64,000 bases of DNA from Octopus sinensis. Lineage: Eukaryota. Both the position numbers and the translations under genes were made by a program. Below, in pieces: positions 40,381 through 54,207 of the stretch. How positions within the stretch are numbered: the stretch's first letter is position 1; the number at the start of each line of letters is the position of its first letter. A model generated the notes under the pieces. That model saw only the letters and a program-made list of their open reading frames with translations. It was not told where the DNA came from and searched no databases. The DNA is taken from the NCBI RefSeq assembly GCF_006345805.1, contig NC_043000.1, forward strand, positions 146,754,001 through 146,818,000, in the 5' to 3' direction.

Positions 40381-40980
40381 ATATATTATATATGCACATA
40401 TATATATACATAAATAGGTGTCCATGCACATGACTACATATATAAACATATGCATTTGTGTAGTTTGCGGACGCATGCGTATGTAATTTGTAGTTTGAAT
40501 TGCTAAGTTTTCAAAATAGAAATCAGAGAGGGGGTGTGATTGCCTGCTTATGCAGGATATTAAATAGCTTGTAAGTGTAGTGGATTGTGGGAAAGAGTAA
40601 TATATTAGACAGGTATTGAGGTGCTTGGTGTCGGTAAACTCATTCAGGATGCCGATTTATTGCAACAAGGCGAAAAACTGGAGCGTATATAAGCATGCAT
40701 GTGTATGTATAAACGCTTGTGTGAGTATTCGTCTTCATAGATATTCCACATTAATACATCAAATCTTCTTATTCGTCTCGTTCTTTCTTAAGGCTAAACC
40801 AGCTTAAAACCTTTTTTTGCATTCATTCATAATTTTTTATCCTTTTCAATTCTGTCATCCACATTTTATAAACCTATTCTAAAATCCAAGCGGCGTTAAC
40901 TCTTACGCAAGCACAATACACAAACTCGCACAAATTTATTAGTCATAGATACTACTACGCATATCTACTTTTATATTAAA

Positions 40981-41378
40981 CTAGCAGTATCGCCCGGCGT
41001 TGCTCGGGTTTGTAAGGGAAATAACTATATAAGCATTTTCAGAGAGTTATAGCCAAAAAATAGCAAAAAAATGCATTAAAAAGGGGAAAAAAATGATAGT
41101 AATTTTTTTTTTATATCGTTGACTCATCGTAGACATTTTTAGAGAGTTACTTCCCTTATATAATAGCCAAAGAAATGCATTAAAATGGAAAAAAATGATG
41201 GTAATTTTTTTTTAAATCGTAGACTCATCGTAGACACGCGCTAATACCCAGAAGGGCTCGATATAAATCACGACTTTAAGATACCCGGTTTTGGTTAAAC
41301 TGCACCGCAAAATGTGGGAGTAGTTAAGAATCTAAATCGTAGGAGACAGACGCACAACTTGACTTTTATATATAAAGA
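40981..41378 (-). mobile_element. Complete non-autonomous Helitron
   Basis: Minus strand starts A|TC and ends CTAG|T, with subterminal hairpin CCCGAGCAACGCCGGG. No TSD. Internal repeat of about 100 bp. Confidence 0.85.
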
Positions 41379-42699
41379 TCAGGTTTCGCTATGAAATGAG
41401 CCTATATAAACTTCCATTCTCAACCCGTCTGTTAAATTTGTTTCACCTTTACTCACTACGCTTAGTGGCTCTCAAACAACGTGGATTAATATACGAATAT
41501 TTCGCATATATGATACTGATGTAGTAAATATTTAAATGTTTAAGCTTTGGTCTGAATGAACTGGTAGCCTACTGCAAAATCTGCAAATAATTGTAAATTC
41601 TTTTTATATTAAATTATATATACGCACGCATTCACATATGCACACGCGCACACTCACACAGACATGCGTTATCTTGTAGTACACGATGCCTAAAAAAAAT
41701 GTATGGATTAGCCATGACTTGAACGGCTTGCTCCATCTGGTTTTACATGGGACTAAAGCTCAAGGAAAAGGACCCATTGATTTCTTTAATCCTGGATATA
41801 CTATGCCAAAGCAAGACAGGCGGATCGTACTTGGAATGTCTTTGATTATACATCTGACACAGAGTTAAACAACATCAAGCATTACTCCATAATAGTCACG
41901 AAGTTAACATGGACTCTATTTTTATGAACCTTACAGGTTTCAAATTTACTTGGAACATGATCATAGAAGTTTGCAATGTTAATTCAATAACCTTATAACT
42001 GACGTGCACTATCTACAAGTGCAAATCAAATTTTTATTATTGAATATATTCGAAGGAAGGTCATATATATACTGTGTCACACACTAAGACAATATATAAG
42101 TTATGAAAGAACGAAAATATTTATTTAAATTAAAAATTAATTACTTCGCAGTGTCTAAATCTTGTTAAAAGTTATGGTTTGTTGGAACTAACATTTCATT
42201 GAAACTTATTCTTTTAGAGTAATTACATATATCTGTCGCAATTTTAAAAAATCATTCTCAATTTTTTTCACGTGTTACATGAATTAAATTGAATTTTAGA
42301 GAATTATCTTTGAGTTGAGTTGAAAATGTAGAAAAATAAATTTTAGTCGTATGAGTATTGATTTGTTACATGTTACGTATAGAATAAATGGTGTGCTTTT
42401 AGAAAACCGAGATTAAAAGGTAGTTTCCATTCTTTCTGAAATCTATTCGCTACACTTCACTTGAAACACTAATGCTGTAGAAAAAATATAAACATTAGCA
42501 TCTCTGCATCAAATTTCCCTTTCCTTAAAATCTATGGCGTCTCATGTTGAATAATGAATGAATTTCTTTGTTTTTACATGCTCACAATAATTCGGTAATG
42601 ACATTCTAGGCATATGCACGCTTCAGCAAATAATTTGTTTGCTGAAATCTACAAACAACGGTGACTAATCTTGTTTAGTTTCAGACAGGAGGGAGTAGC

Positions 42700-43425
42700 T
42701 TTCCCTAAGGTGACACAGGGATATCAGAACACTGGCGGCGGAATGTAACCGCAGTTTGCTCAATCAAGTCAGTTTTCAACAGACATCGTCTGAAGAAAAA
42801 AATCCTACAAAAATGAACATACGTTCAAATCTGAAGAGACGTGTTTGGAATGAATATGCAGACCATTATTCTGAGCTGTTTAACGTGATCATAATTAATT
42901 GTTTCGTCTCGGCTAAATGTAGAATTTGCAGTAAAATATAAGGGACGGTTGCGTGCAAGGACTTCGAATGTAAAATGCTTGTTCAGAGGGCCTACAGAAA
43001 CATGACAAGGTTTTTAACATTGACAAATGTTTAAAAAAATATCAATTTGAAGATATGGAGAAATGATTTGACCTTAAAACAAAATCCAACATTGAAAATG
43101 ACCACGCAATGTACTGCGGGGTGTGAAACTCTAAACAGAAAGCAAATAGAATATTCACCTCCAATTGTTGTTGTTCTTAATGAAGAGGATGAAATCGATG
43201 TTACCAGACAGTTCGATACAAGAGTTGTAGAAAAATGAACGTCAGAAGATAGCAAAATACCAAGGGTTAAAAGAACAACAGACTGTATCAATGATCATCG
43301 GAGCTTTGGGGGATAATACCAACTGGTGCTCTTAATCACAATGTCCAAATAGCAGGAAATCTAACATTATCAGAAATTCCAAAGATTCTGTTCAGGGTTG
43401 GTGCTCACATTGAAGAAGAATATTC
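42700..43425 (+). mobile_element. Decayed RLE LINE 3' end
   Basis: CRICSK, HDKV, P.IVV....IDV..FDTRVVEK, KIAKYQGLK and MIIGALG. Confidence 0.7.
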
Positions 43426-43774
43426 GAAATATTTGATTGTATTCTAAACTGAAAGTTCAAATTTAGTAGAAGCTTGTTTCTCAGATTCTGACCCAGTTTC
43501 CCTATAATATAATCATAAATATCACCCATAATAAAACGTACAGCTTGTTGCTATTTGAAGTTTTAGGATGAGACTTCGAAGAGCTCGTAAATAACACTAG
43601 CGACAACAACAACAATAATAATATCAAAAAAGGGACTGAAAAGAATTTGAGAATGATCGCTGGCTTCCCAGGAAATGAAAAAGATTGTCTTAAATGGTAC
43701 GCCACACGTACTGATAAGTGCATTGTCGCTGTGAATTTTCTTTACTTTTTTTCCCCTTTATTATTTTTATTCTT

Positions 43775-44172
43775 TTATTCTTCTACTTGTTTCAGTCATT
43801 TGACTGCGGCCATACTGAAGCACCACCTTTAGTCGAACAAATCAACCCCGGGACTTATTCTTTGTAAACCTAGAACTTTTTCTATCGGTCCCTTTGCCGA
43901 GCAGCTAGGTTACGGGGACATAGACAAACCAAAATCGGTTGTCAAGCAATGGTGAGTAGGGGACAAACACATACGCGCGCGCAAGTGCGCACACACACAT
44001 ATATATATATATATATACGATGGGCTTCTTTCAGTTTCCGTCTACCAAATCCCATCACAAGGCTTTGGACGGCCCGAGACTATAGTAGAAGACACTTGCC
44101 CAAGGTGTCACGAACGGGGACTGACCCCGTAATCATGTGGTTGGGAAGCAAGCTTCTTACCACACAGCTATG
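43775..44172 (-). mobile_element. SINE family C
   Basis: Homologous to 12357-12772. Confidence 0.88.
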
Positions 44173-44384
44173 CTTGAGCCTGTTTACTTCTTATCTTTTA
44201 TTTTTTCGTTTTTCTCTCTGTCTTTCTTCCCCTTTTCTCTGTCACATAACTTTGTAAATGAACAATCTGATGTGTTTATTTTAATGGCCTACTAATGAAT
44301 AGAGAGTGTTTCTCTGCCTTAGGTGTGAAGAAGACACTCGGCAAGAAATCGAAACATAATTGAAAGATGATAATGGAAATAATA

Positions 44385-44690
44385 ATGGAGTCGGAGAAAT
44401 ATAAGATTTTGTGGGACTATCCTATTCAAACAGACAAATTAGAAAATAATAGACCAGACACAAGGATTATAGATATGGAAAAGTGGAGTTGCTTGCTTAT
44501 TGACCCATCATGCTCGTTTGATACCACGATAGTAAAGAAAGTGGAAGATGAACCAAAAAAATGCAATCCCTTAAAGACTAAAATAGAAACAATTTGGAGC
44601 ATGAGAACAATAGAGCTCCTACAGAATGTTTGTCTCTTAGGGGTAGCAAGGATAATCAGGGGACTTCTATGCACTTGAAAGACTGTCCTT
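44385..44690 (+). mobile_element. RLE LINE 3' fragment
   Basis: KILWDYPIQTDKLENNRPD...LLIDPSCSFD...CLLGVARIIR. Confidence 0.85.
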
Positions 44691-44719
44691 AACTTGTAGA
44701 TTCCAAAGGTTTGATTATA

Positions 44720-45216
44720 AGTGTTATCATGTATATGTTTTGTCTTGGTATAAAAGATGGACTACATCAAATATTCTGCTCAATACCACATATTTGTTTG
44801 TGAGCTGCTGGTCCTTAAACACTTGAGCATGTCACTTAGTAGCTGACGATATGTGCATCTCTGATCATGAACAGAAGTAGTGGGGGAGCATCATAGCTAT
44901 GTGTTGAAAGAAATTCTTATAGGTTTGGATAATTCACCTTGGGAAACACGGGTGGTTCGTTCAACATACTTAAACAATCCTTATTCAGGGACCTTTTGAG
45001 AGGGATGTGCTACTCGACCAGAGGAAAAGTCTAACTGGGCCCCACCTGCAAAGTCATGCGCTTTTTATCTTGATATGAGATCACCATGTCGTGCACATAT
45101 GGTTGTGATGCATGTGCCTAGTGTACCCTTATCAGACGGGTAGTCATGGTGGGTATACTGGGCTTCGTATATTTTACCGCGCTGTCAATTTGATGGCATG
45201 CACTGCTCTCTCACTC

Positions 45217-45217
<1 letters not shown>
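44720..45217 (+). mobile_element. Unclassified interspersed repeat ending in (AAT)n
   Basis: Non-coding, higher GC and directly followed by an (AAT)n tail like the RLE elements. Only one copy in the window. Confidence 0.4.
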
Positions 45218-45288
<71 letters not shown>

Positions 45289-45300
45289 TTAATAATAATA

Positions 45301-45495
45301 ACCAGAATCCTTGTCTGGTACCGGATCGATCTCAAAATCTAATCAGTTCGTGCCAGTTACGAGGCCAAAGATCCCTGAAAGTATGATCCGAATCCATCAA
45401 GCGGTTCTTGAGATATCTTGTCCACGAACAAACACACAAATAAATAAACACGACTGGAAACAATACTTCCACCTTTGCTAAGGCAGGGGTTATAA
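45301..45495 (+). mobile_element. Possible Helentron/DINE-like non-autonomous element end
   Basis: AAACAATACTTCCACCTTTGCTAAGGCAGGGGTTAT terminal stem-loop preceded by a short ACAA-type repeat. Recalled resemblance only. Confidence 0.4.
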
Positions 45496-45905
45496 TAAAA
45501 ATAATCTGAAGCCGGAAACACATAGTACAATCATCGAGTCGAAAGAGTACTTGAGTTGGAGAAATGCATGATGTCGTGTGACTTTCCTATTCAGGCAGAC
45601 AAAAAAAATTAGGAAATAATAGACAAGATATTACAATCATAGGTAAGGAAAAACGAAGTTTCTAACTTATAGACCCATCATACCGGTTTGATTCCACAAT
45701 CGTAAAGAAAGGGGGAGAAAAACAAAAAAATACAATCCTTTAAAATTTGAGACGTGAAGAATTTGGAGCATGCGAACAGTAAAGTCGTGCCAATAATAAC
45801 TGATGCGTTGAGAACAGTAAAGCAAGATATAGACAAATGGTTGAAATACCGGGAGGGATATATAGTTTCACTATGCAACAGACAGACAGACAGTCAGACA
45901 GACAT

Positions 45906-46120
<215 letters not shown>

Positions 46121-47148
46121 GACTCCGCAGAAAGTAAAAAAAGACTACTCTATATAGATAAAAGAGCCAAATGTTATGAATATTGTCTATCAGCACAGTT
46201 AGAGATACCTTAGGTTTTGAAATACATATTTTGACAATTATTTAATGCCATGGTTTCAGACATTATTGTAGTTGATAAAATGATGCGGGAAACCAAGATC
46301 ATAAATATTGCTATGCTGGGGGTGTACGATTGAATGATAAAAAACTGGAGAAGAGTGGGAAATACGAGCCAGTAAAAGATTACACGAATATGGGCTCCAC
46401 TGAGAGCATTACAATCAGGTTTACGAAATTGGTCGGAGACGGTAGAACGTGCTCAAAACTGCATTATTGGGGCAGTGAGAATTTGAGATTGGTATTTGGA
46501 TGTTAAGTATCTTGGAAGAGACCCAGTGAAACTCTTGGCAACAGGTTTTTGTCCGCTTTTACAAAAATAAACGAAGCAAGAGAAATCGGGTGCCCTTAGG
46601 AATTAAATGATAATAGTAATAATGAAAATAAAAGAATGCCAATAATAATATTATGACCAACCACAAAATTGTGTAGAATTGGCTAAGACCCAACACTATA
46701 CATGCATAACAAAGGAGCAGTATACTGGTACTGGAAAGTATATAAGAATTTTAAGATGAAAAGAACAGATAAATCGTAAAAATTCTTAGCCTTACACGGC
46801 CATCAACAACAACGGTGTCTTCATTCTCTGGGACATAATCATCCACACCAATAGACAGACAGATGCCAACAGCGTTACTTTGCTATCAAAGACAAGAAGG
46901 ATAGGAGTTGCACAGATATCAAACACTGTAAAACCTTACGAAAAAGATTTCGTAAGTTATTACAGTGCAAAGATCAGACAAAAATACAATGCTTGGAGAA
47001 CAAAATCAATAGGATGTAGAGTATTGAATACTGAAATAATAACAGTGGTGCTTTAAGACACATAAAAAATGGAGTGGAAAAGCTCACCAATTGCATCCTA
47101 AGCAACATTGATATCTATGCAGTCAGAAGACCGCTATAGTGGGAACAG

Positions 47149-47535
47149 TGGAGGCGCAATGGCCCAGTGGTTAGGGCAGCGGACTCGCGGTCATAGGATC
47201 GCGGTTTCGATTCCCAGACCGGGCGTTGTGAGTGTTTATTGAGCGAAAACACCTAAAGCTCCACGAGGCTCCGGCAGGGGATGGTGGTGATCCCTGCTGT
47301 ACTCTTCCACCACAACTTTCTCTCACTCTTACTTCCTGTTTCTGTTGTACCTGTATTTCAAAGGGCCGGCCTTGTCACTCTCTGTGTCACGCTGAATATC
47401 CCCGAGAACTACGTCAAGGGTACACGTGTCTGTGGAGTGCTCAGCCACTTACACGTTAATTTCACGAGCAGGCTGTTCCGTTGATTCGGATCAACCGGAA
47501 CCCTCGTCGTCGCAACCGACGGAGTGCTTCCATCC
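47149..47535 (+). mobile_element. SINE family A, full length
   Basis: A and B boxes, with a 13-bp TSD ATAGTGGGAACAG at 47136-47148 and 47536-47548. Confidence 0.95.
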
Positions 47536-48497
47536 ATAGTGGGAACAGCGAAGTTATTAAGTAGAGTGCTGTCACTAAACTGACAACTTCAATATAGCAG
47601 CCAATCTGCTTTGAGTAGTCACCTTTCGGGTGGAATTTGGGTATTGTTTCCGTGAAGTTTGCTCATTCTTTTCAAAAACGTATTAAAACGAAAAGTGTTA
47701 AATAATTTGGCAAAACGCCAGGAGCTTGAAATTTCTGACTGGAATAGCTGTTTCATCTTTGCCTTCCCCATGTTAAAACAAACCACCATGACCAACACCG
47801 TTATTATCATGATAGCAACAATAAAAAAGGTAAAATTATCGTCTCAGCAGATCTGCAAAATTCCACCTGAGTGTCACATACACCATTAACTCTATTACAA
47901 AATACCTTGGAAACTGCTCTCTACCGCCCCATTATTAATTATATATGTGAACTATGCCTAAATGTCCAGCAGGTCCATTCCGTAGAAACGATTGTCGAAA
48001 TATCTGGCCATAGCTCTACTCGTAATACTCAGTGTGTGTGTGTGTGTGTGTGAGTGTGTGTGCCTGTGTGCGTGTATGTGTGTATATATGTTTATGTGTG
48101 TGTTTGCATGTATGTATCATGTCATACATTGGCATGCATTTGGGCCTAATAAGCAAGTATAGGATTGGAGCCTTTGTTATTTAGGATAGTTATGTAATCT
48201 GAGAGAAATCCCCTCCAAAATATACCCTGACTTTGACAGGGCCTGCATTATTTCCTTGAGTCAGATTCGATCAATTTCGAAAACAAAAAGTTTTCTTGAA
48301 AAGTTTCCTTTGTGTTATGGCTGTTCATGCGAAAGTTGTTATATCCGTTGCAGTTGTTGTTGTTATTGTTGTTGTTGTTTCTGTTATTGTTAGTTGCCTT
48401 TTAGAACAGTTTATCTCTGAAAACATTGTAATTGGTCGGTTCTGAGATATATGCCATTTTTTTTTTTTTCATTTTCTTTGCATGTTAAAGGAAAGTA

Positions 48498-48606
48498 AAG
48501 AAGAAGAAGAAGAAGAAGAAGAAGAAGAAGAAGAAGAAGAAGAAGAAGAAGAAGAGAAGAAGAAGAAGAAGAAGAAGAAGAAGAAGAAGAAGAAGAAGAA
48601 GAAGAA
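48498..48606. repeat. (GAA)n microsatellite
   Basis: Read directly from the sequence. Confidence 0.97.
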
Positions 48607-49383
48607 CTAGTAGTAAAGAAAGAAGAAATAGTAGGGGAATTGGTATAAGATGAATGGGTTGTTCCACTGCGTCCTTTGTTAGTATATTTGGTTCACACAC
48701 GACGAACTGTTTATATCGATTTGAGTCAAAGCCAATACAATTTAATTATGTAACTTCAGGCTAGTCACTCATAGTTTCCAATTTAGGGATTCCGAAGGAG
48801 ACTTTCTAGAAATCCAATTATGCAATTCACTTTAACACCCCCAAATGACGTTATTTACAGAATGTTTAGAAGGCATTCATTCATTGCTTCTTTACCATCA
48901 CTCTGGTGAGAAAAGAGCATAAGAGTACTTGTGTAGCAGTGTCTGTAAAAAGCAAATTATATATATAACGTAGAGTAAAATTTTTAAAGAAACATTGCCA
49001 AGGACATTAGTTAATAGATGGTAAGTTGTCACTATGGGAAATCTGACTAAAGGTGCCAATTACTATATTGAACGAATAAGTACTAACCAGTTTTCGGGAG
49101 CTGTTTGACAATTGATTAAATTTACCAAAAATTGCTTCAATACATATTTTATGTCTAATACAAATTTATTTAATAACGAAATAAAAATAACTGGAAAATG
49201 AGATAAGCGTTCATTCCGATGTTTGCAAAAGTTTCTTTTGAATATATGTGTATTTTCTAGCGTCAACCAAACTGGGTGATTATGTACGTGTCTATTTATT
49301 TGCCTATGTGTCTATCAGATGCATCTAGATTTGTAGATTTCTAGCTAGACAGATAGAAAGGGAAATAGAGAGACAGCCAGACT

Positions 49384-49930
<547 letters not shown>

Positions 49931-50280
49931 ATTTTTCGTAGATTCCAATAAAGATCTTTCTTAATAACTTTCAAAATCCTAGGTTATTCACAAAAGAAAG
50001 TAAAAAATTGATCAAAATAGTTGGAGATAAAGGATAGACACTACGCTTTGCCATCTAAGTTAAGTAATGCAACCAGCCAAGAACGAGCTTATTCTGATAT
50101 GTAATATTTCTCTCATAAAGGGGAAGGCAATACTCTACATCCGAACATATGAATTTTACAGCCAGCTGCCATTTTAAGCCCCAAGCAACTCTCTCAAATG
50201 TAAGGCAGTATGAGGAAAACCAATGCTTATGCCGATACTTCAGTTCAAGTATATTATAAGCATATTATTTTATTTTCAAT

Positions 50281-50751
50281 AAGGCGGCGAGCTGGCAGAA
50301 ACGTTTGCACGCCGGGCGAAATGCTTAGCGGTATTTCGTCTGTCGTTACGTTCTGAGTTCAAATTCCGCCGAGATAGACTTTGCCTTTCATCCTTTCGGG
50401 GTCGATAAATGAAGTACCAGTTACGCACTGAGGTCGATGTAATCGACTTAATACCTATGTCTGTCCTTGTTTGTCCCCTCTGTGTTTAGCCCCCTGTGGG
50501 TAATAAAGAAATAGGTATTTCGTCAGTCGTTACGTTGTAAGTTCAAATTCCGCCGAGGTCGACTTTGCCTTTCATCATTTCGGGGTCGATAAATTAAGTA
50601 CTGGGGTCGATGTAATCGACTTAATACCTATGTCTGTCCTTGTTTGTCCCCTCTATGTTTAGCCCCTTGTGGGTAATAAAGAAATAGGTATTTCGTTTGC
50701 CTTTACGTTCTGAATTCAAATTCCGCCGAGGTCGACTGGTACTTAATTTAT
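50281..50751 (+). mobile_element. SINE family B multimer (head, two bodies and a partial third)
   Basis: Junction AAAGAAATA|GGTATTTCGT at about 50513 and about 50686. Confidence 0.9.
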
Positions 50752-50891
50752 AGAACTTAATCATTAAACAATTCTAAATAATTATTTTGTTTTTAGTTTA
50801 GCTTTGCAGAGTTACAAAAACGAACTGGTTTACTATTGTTGGCAATACACCGGCCAACTATCTTTCATCACTGCCATATTTCATAAACAAA

Positions 50892-51275
50892 GTGGAGGCG
50901 CAATGGCCTAGTGGTTAGGGCAGCGGACTGGCGGTTGTAGGATCGCGGTTTCGATTCCCAGACCGGGCGTTGTGAGTGTTTATTGAGCGAAAAACACCTA
51001 TATCTTCACGAGGCTCCGGCAGAGGATGGTGGTGATCCCTGCTGTACTCTTTCACCACAACTTTCTCTCACTCTTACTTCCAGTTTCTATTGTACCTGTA
51101 TTTCAAAGGGCCGGTGTTGTCACTCTGTGTCACGCTGAATATCCCCGAGAACTACGTTAAGGGTACACGTGTCTGTGGAGTGCTCAGCCACTTACACGTT
51201 AATTTCACGAGCGGGCTGTTCCGTTGATCGGACCAACCGGAACCCTCGTCGTCGTAACCGACGGAGTGCTTCCAC
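50892..51275 (+). mobile_element. SINE family A, full length
   Basis: TSD ATTTCATAAACAA at 50878-50890 and 51276-51288. Confidence 0.95.
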
Positions 51276-51454
51276 ATTTCATAAACAATAACGCAACGAG
51301 CCTGCATATATGCAGGCTCCCCAAACACTAATTTATTAAGCCCTAGTTAGGGTAAGCATTCTGGTTCCATTACATTTTATGCTAATAACCCTGATGGTCA
51401 TATCAGTAATGTAACTACACAGATGTTGTTGCTGATTTCTTTTACTTCTTTAGA

Positions 51455-51592
51455 GATTTCCTTTTCTCGTTTCCGACGAAGAGTTATGCTCGAAACTTCA
51501 AACTTTCTCTTTTCACCGAGCGTCAAGCTTATACATTCCTTGTGAACGTCCTCTTGTTTTCCGTTAATTTTACTCGTTTATTTGAATTGACT
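51455..51592 (+). mobile_element. Diverged family D module with minimal hammerhead (51469-51503)
   Basis: GTTT-CCGACGA-AGAGT-TAT-GCTC-GAAA-CTTC-AAAC, with the shared tail and a (TA)n end. Confidence 0.65.
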
Positions 51593-51790
51593 ATATATAT
51601 ATATATATATATAAAATTTTATCTTGTTTGGCTTAACAGCCATTCTTGTTTGTGTTACTGTTATTCTCCGTGTCCTGTCTTTTACTGTTTATATTTTGTA
51701 CTGTCGTTACTGTCCTGTTTTTGTTACCCCTTTTTACCCCTCCACAAAAAAATCTCAAATTTTATTTAATTTGATTTTCACGGGAAGGAA

Positions 51791-51868
51791 ATTTTCATTG
51801 AAGTCATGTATCGCCTTGGCCTTCGAAACGTGGAGTAGATGAATCTAAGGCGACTGAAGAAGGGGAAT
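51791..51868 (+). ncRNA. Possible circularly permuted (type II) hammerhead, degenerate
   Basis: GTA is followed by the 9-bp hairpin TCGCCTTGG/CTAAGGCGA, then directly CTGAAGA. The upstream box is GAAG and the open stem II (ATTTTCATT/AGGGGAAT) is imperfect. Confidence 0.45.
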
Positions 51869-52077
51869 TTTCCATGTTTTGTATGTCCTGTACTCTAATT
51901 TTTCGTTGTTTAAGAAAAATGCCCATTTCCTTGGATTTGTATTTATGTTTTCGTTTCTCATTGTGCTCGACGTTTTTTTGGTGTCCTGTACCCATATATG
52001 CATGTATATATACATGTAGAGGTAGGTACGTACATATATGTATGTATATATGCATATGTTTTATTTATTTATTTATT

Positions 52078-52112
<35 letters not shown>

Positions 52113-52122
52113 TATTAAGTTT

Positions 52123-52155
<33 letters not shown>

Positions 52156-52245
52156 TATATATAGTTATATTAAGCCAGTTCGAGAGCTTTGCTTTGATAA
52201 TATGAATGTTACAGACTATATTATATATTTATTTATCAAATTTTA

Positions 52246-52623
52246 GCAGGAGTGGTTGTGTGGTAAGTAGCTTGCTTACCAACCACATGGTTCCGGGTTC
52301 ACTCTCATTGCACTTTGGGCAAGTATCTTCTACTATAGCCTCGGGATTTGGTAGATGGAAACTGAAAGAAGCCCGTCTTATATATTTATATGTGTGTGTG
52401 TATGTGTATGTGTCTGTGTTGTCCCCCCCCCAACATCGCTTGACAACTGATGGTGGTGTGTTTACGTCCCCGTCACTTAGCGGTTCGGCAAGAGAGACCG
52501 ATAGAATACGTTCTAGGCTTACAAAGAATAAGTCCTGGGGTCGATTTGATCGACTAAAGGCGGTGCTCCAGCATGGCCGCAGTCAAATGACTGAAACAAT
52601 TAAAAGAATAAAAGAATAAAAGA
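52246..52623 (+). mobile_element. SINE family C
   Basis: GCAGGAGTGGTTGTGTGGTAAGTAGC head and an (AATAAAAG)n tail. Confidence 0.88.
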
Positions 52624-52818
52624 AATTAATTTCTGCGAAATATTGATAAAAATATGCATTTACTCATATTTTGAGTTCTATTTTTTCCTTAGTTTTCATC
52701 ATCGGTGCCATTTCGCCTATCCGCAACTTTCCTCTTCACTGACTAAGCGCCCCGTGAAATGAGGAAAAGCTCATATCTGTTCATAAGCAATCTCTCTCCG
52801 AGCGTTGGCTCTCTAAGC

Positions 52819-53019
52819 CAGTGCTTTTCAAACTTTTTGCTGGAGCGGAACCCCAAGGAAACATTCCACTGGCTCGAGGAACCCCTGTGCAATAATTTAA
52901 TAGTCTTATGCACACATATCTGCACAGGAGAATTAAAAATTACTGCCGGTTTTAGCAGTTTTGTAACTTCTTGCGGAACTCCTGGACTGTACTGGCGGAA
53001 CCCTGGTTGAAAACCGCTG
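52819..53019. mobile_element. hAT (Charlie-like) MITE
   Basis: TIRs CAGTGCTTTTCAA / TTGAAAACCGCTG, with an 8-bp TSD CTCTAAGC at 52811-52818 and 53020-53027. Confidence 0.92.
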
Positions 53020-53696
53020 CTCTAAGCACTCAATACGCCTCTCTAAACATCTAATCACCACTCCATTGTGTTTATATACACATAGGCATAACTATAGGTT
53101 CGTGTGCTTCTATGCGTATACTGTATATACACACACACATATACACCGATATATCACTTATATATATACATTTCATATAGTTACATGTATAATATATATT
53201 CAAACACACACACATTTAGCTCTCTCTATTTTTCTCTTCTTTCCTTCTATCTCATTTCTCTCATTTTCCCAAGTATTCCCTGAGTTGTCACTGTGGAAAA
53301 AGCAACATTAGCTTGTCTTTTAATACCTTGATGTAAAATTCTAGTGAAATCACGAGCCTAGTTCCAGCTTTTGACCATTTCCTTATATTGCCTTTCGCAA
53401 AGCAAATTAACAAATAACTGACATTTTTATATTCTTCAGTTCTTGAAATTTGAATGCTTGAAAAATTTTCAAGATATCGAGTCAATGTTAGCTGATGTTA
53501 AAGAACGCATGCATAAATATAATAATAAACTGAAAAATACCTGGAGAAAAGCAAGTAGGTATTGTTTGAGAAAGATAGAAATGGAAGAGGAAAGGAAGAA
53601 AAATAAAACGTTGTAAGGAAAAAAAGCAACAAGCATCTTGAAAATGTTGAAAGGATAAAAGAAAATAAAAAGGAAATGATCAAAGCATGTAGATAA

Positions 53697-54075
53697 GTTT
53701 CTTTATTGGCCACACAGGGCTGCACACAGATGGGACAAGTTACAAGGTAGAGCTTTTCTTTTGGGGGGATGAAAAAAACAAAAAACAAAAAACAAAAGAA
53801 ACAAAAAAAGGTGGCGTAGGTTTTCGATCAAAAGGGATCGTAAAAGGGAAAAAAAGAACAACAAAAAAGAAAAAAAGGAAGCGGAACAAAAGAAAAGAGG
53901 AATGAAAAAAGAAGAAAAAAGGGGGAAATAGGGAAGAGGGAAAAAACGATCAATAGGGACCGTGTATCACAGTGTTATGATGTATGGTGTAAAGGGGAAA
54001 GCAAGTAAGGTTTATCCGTGGGAAGAAAAGCCTACGAAAAAGACAACGGTAACCTTGGTCAATATTGTTATATGT
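53697..54075 (-). mobile_element. L1/Tx1-like LINE 3' UTR copy
   Basis: Homologous to 54208-54535 (GTTTCTTTATT.GCCACACAGGGCTGCACACAGA...). Confidence 0.8.
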
Positions 54076-54126
54076 TACCACATTTGTTTGCAAGTGGGTA
54101 ACCCTCTGTTTTCAATTTCTGGGTTC

Positions 54127-54180
<54 letters not shown>

Positions 54181-54207
54181 GTAGAAGGATGGATAGATAG
54201 ATAGATA

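Noticed and set aside
43047-43238. Host gene ORF
   Set aside because: It is part of a decayed RLE retrotransposon end.
47149-47225. tRNA gene
   Set aside because: The A/B boxes belong to a SINE head that continues into a repeated body bounded by a TSD.
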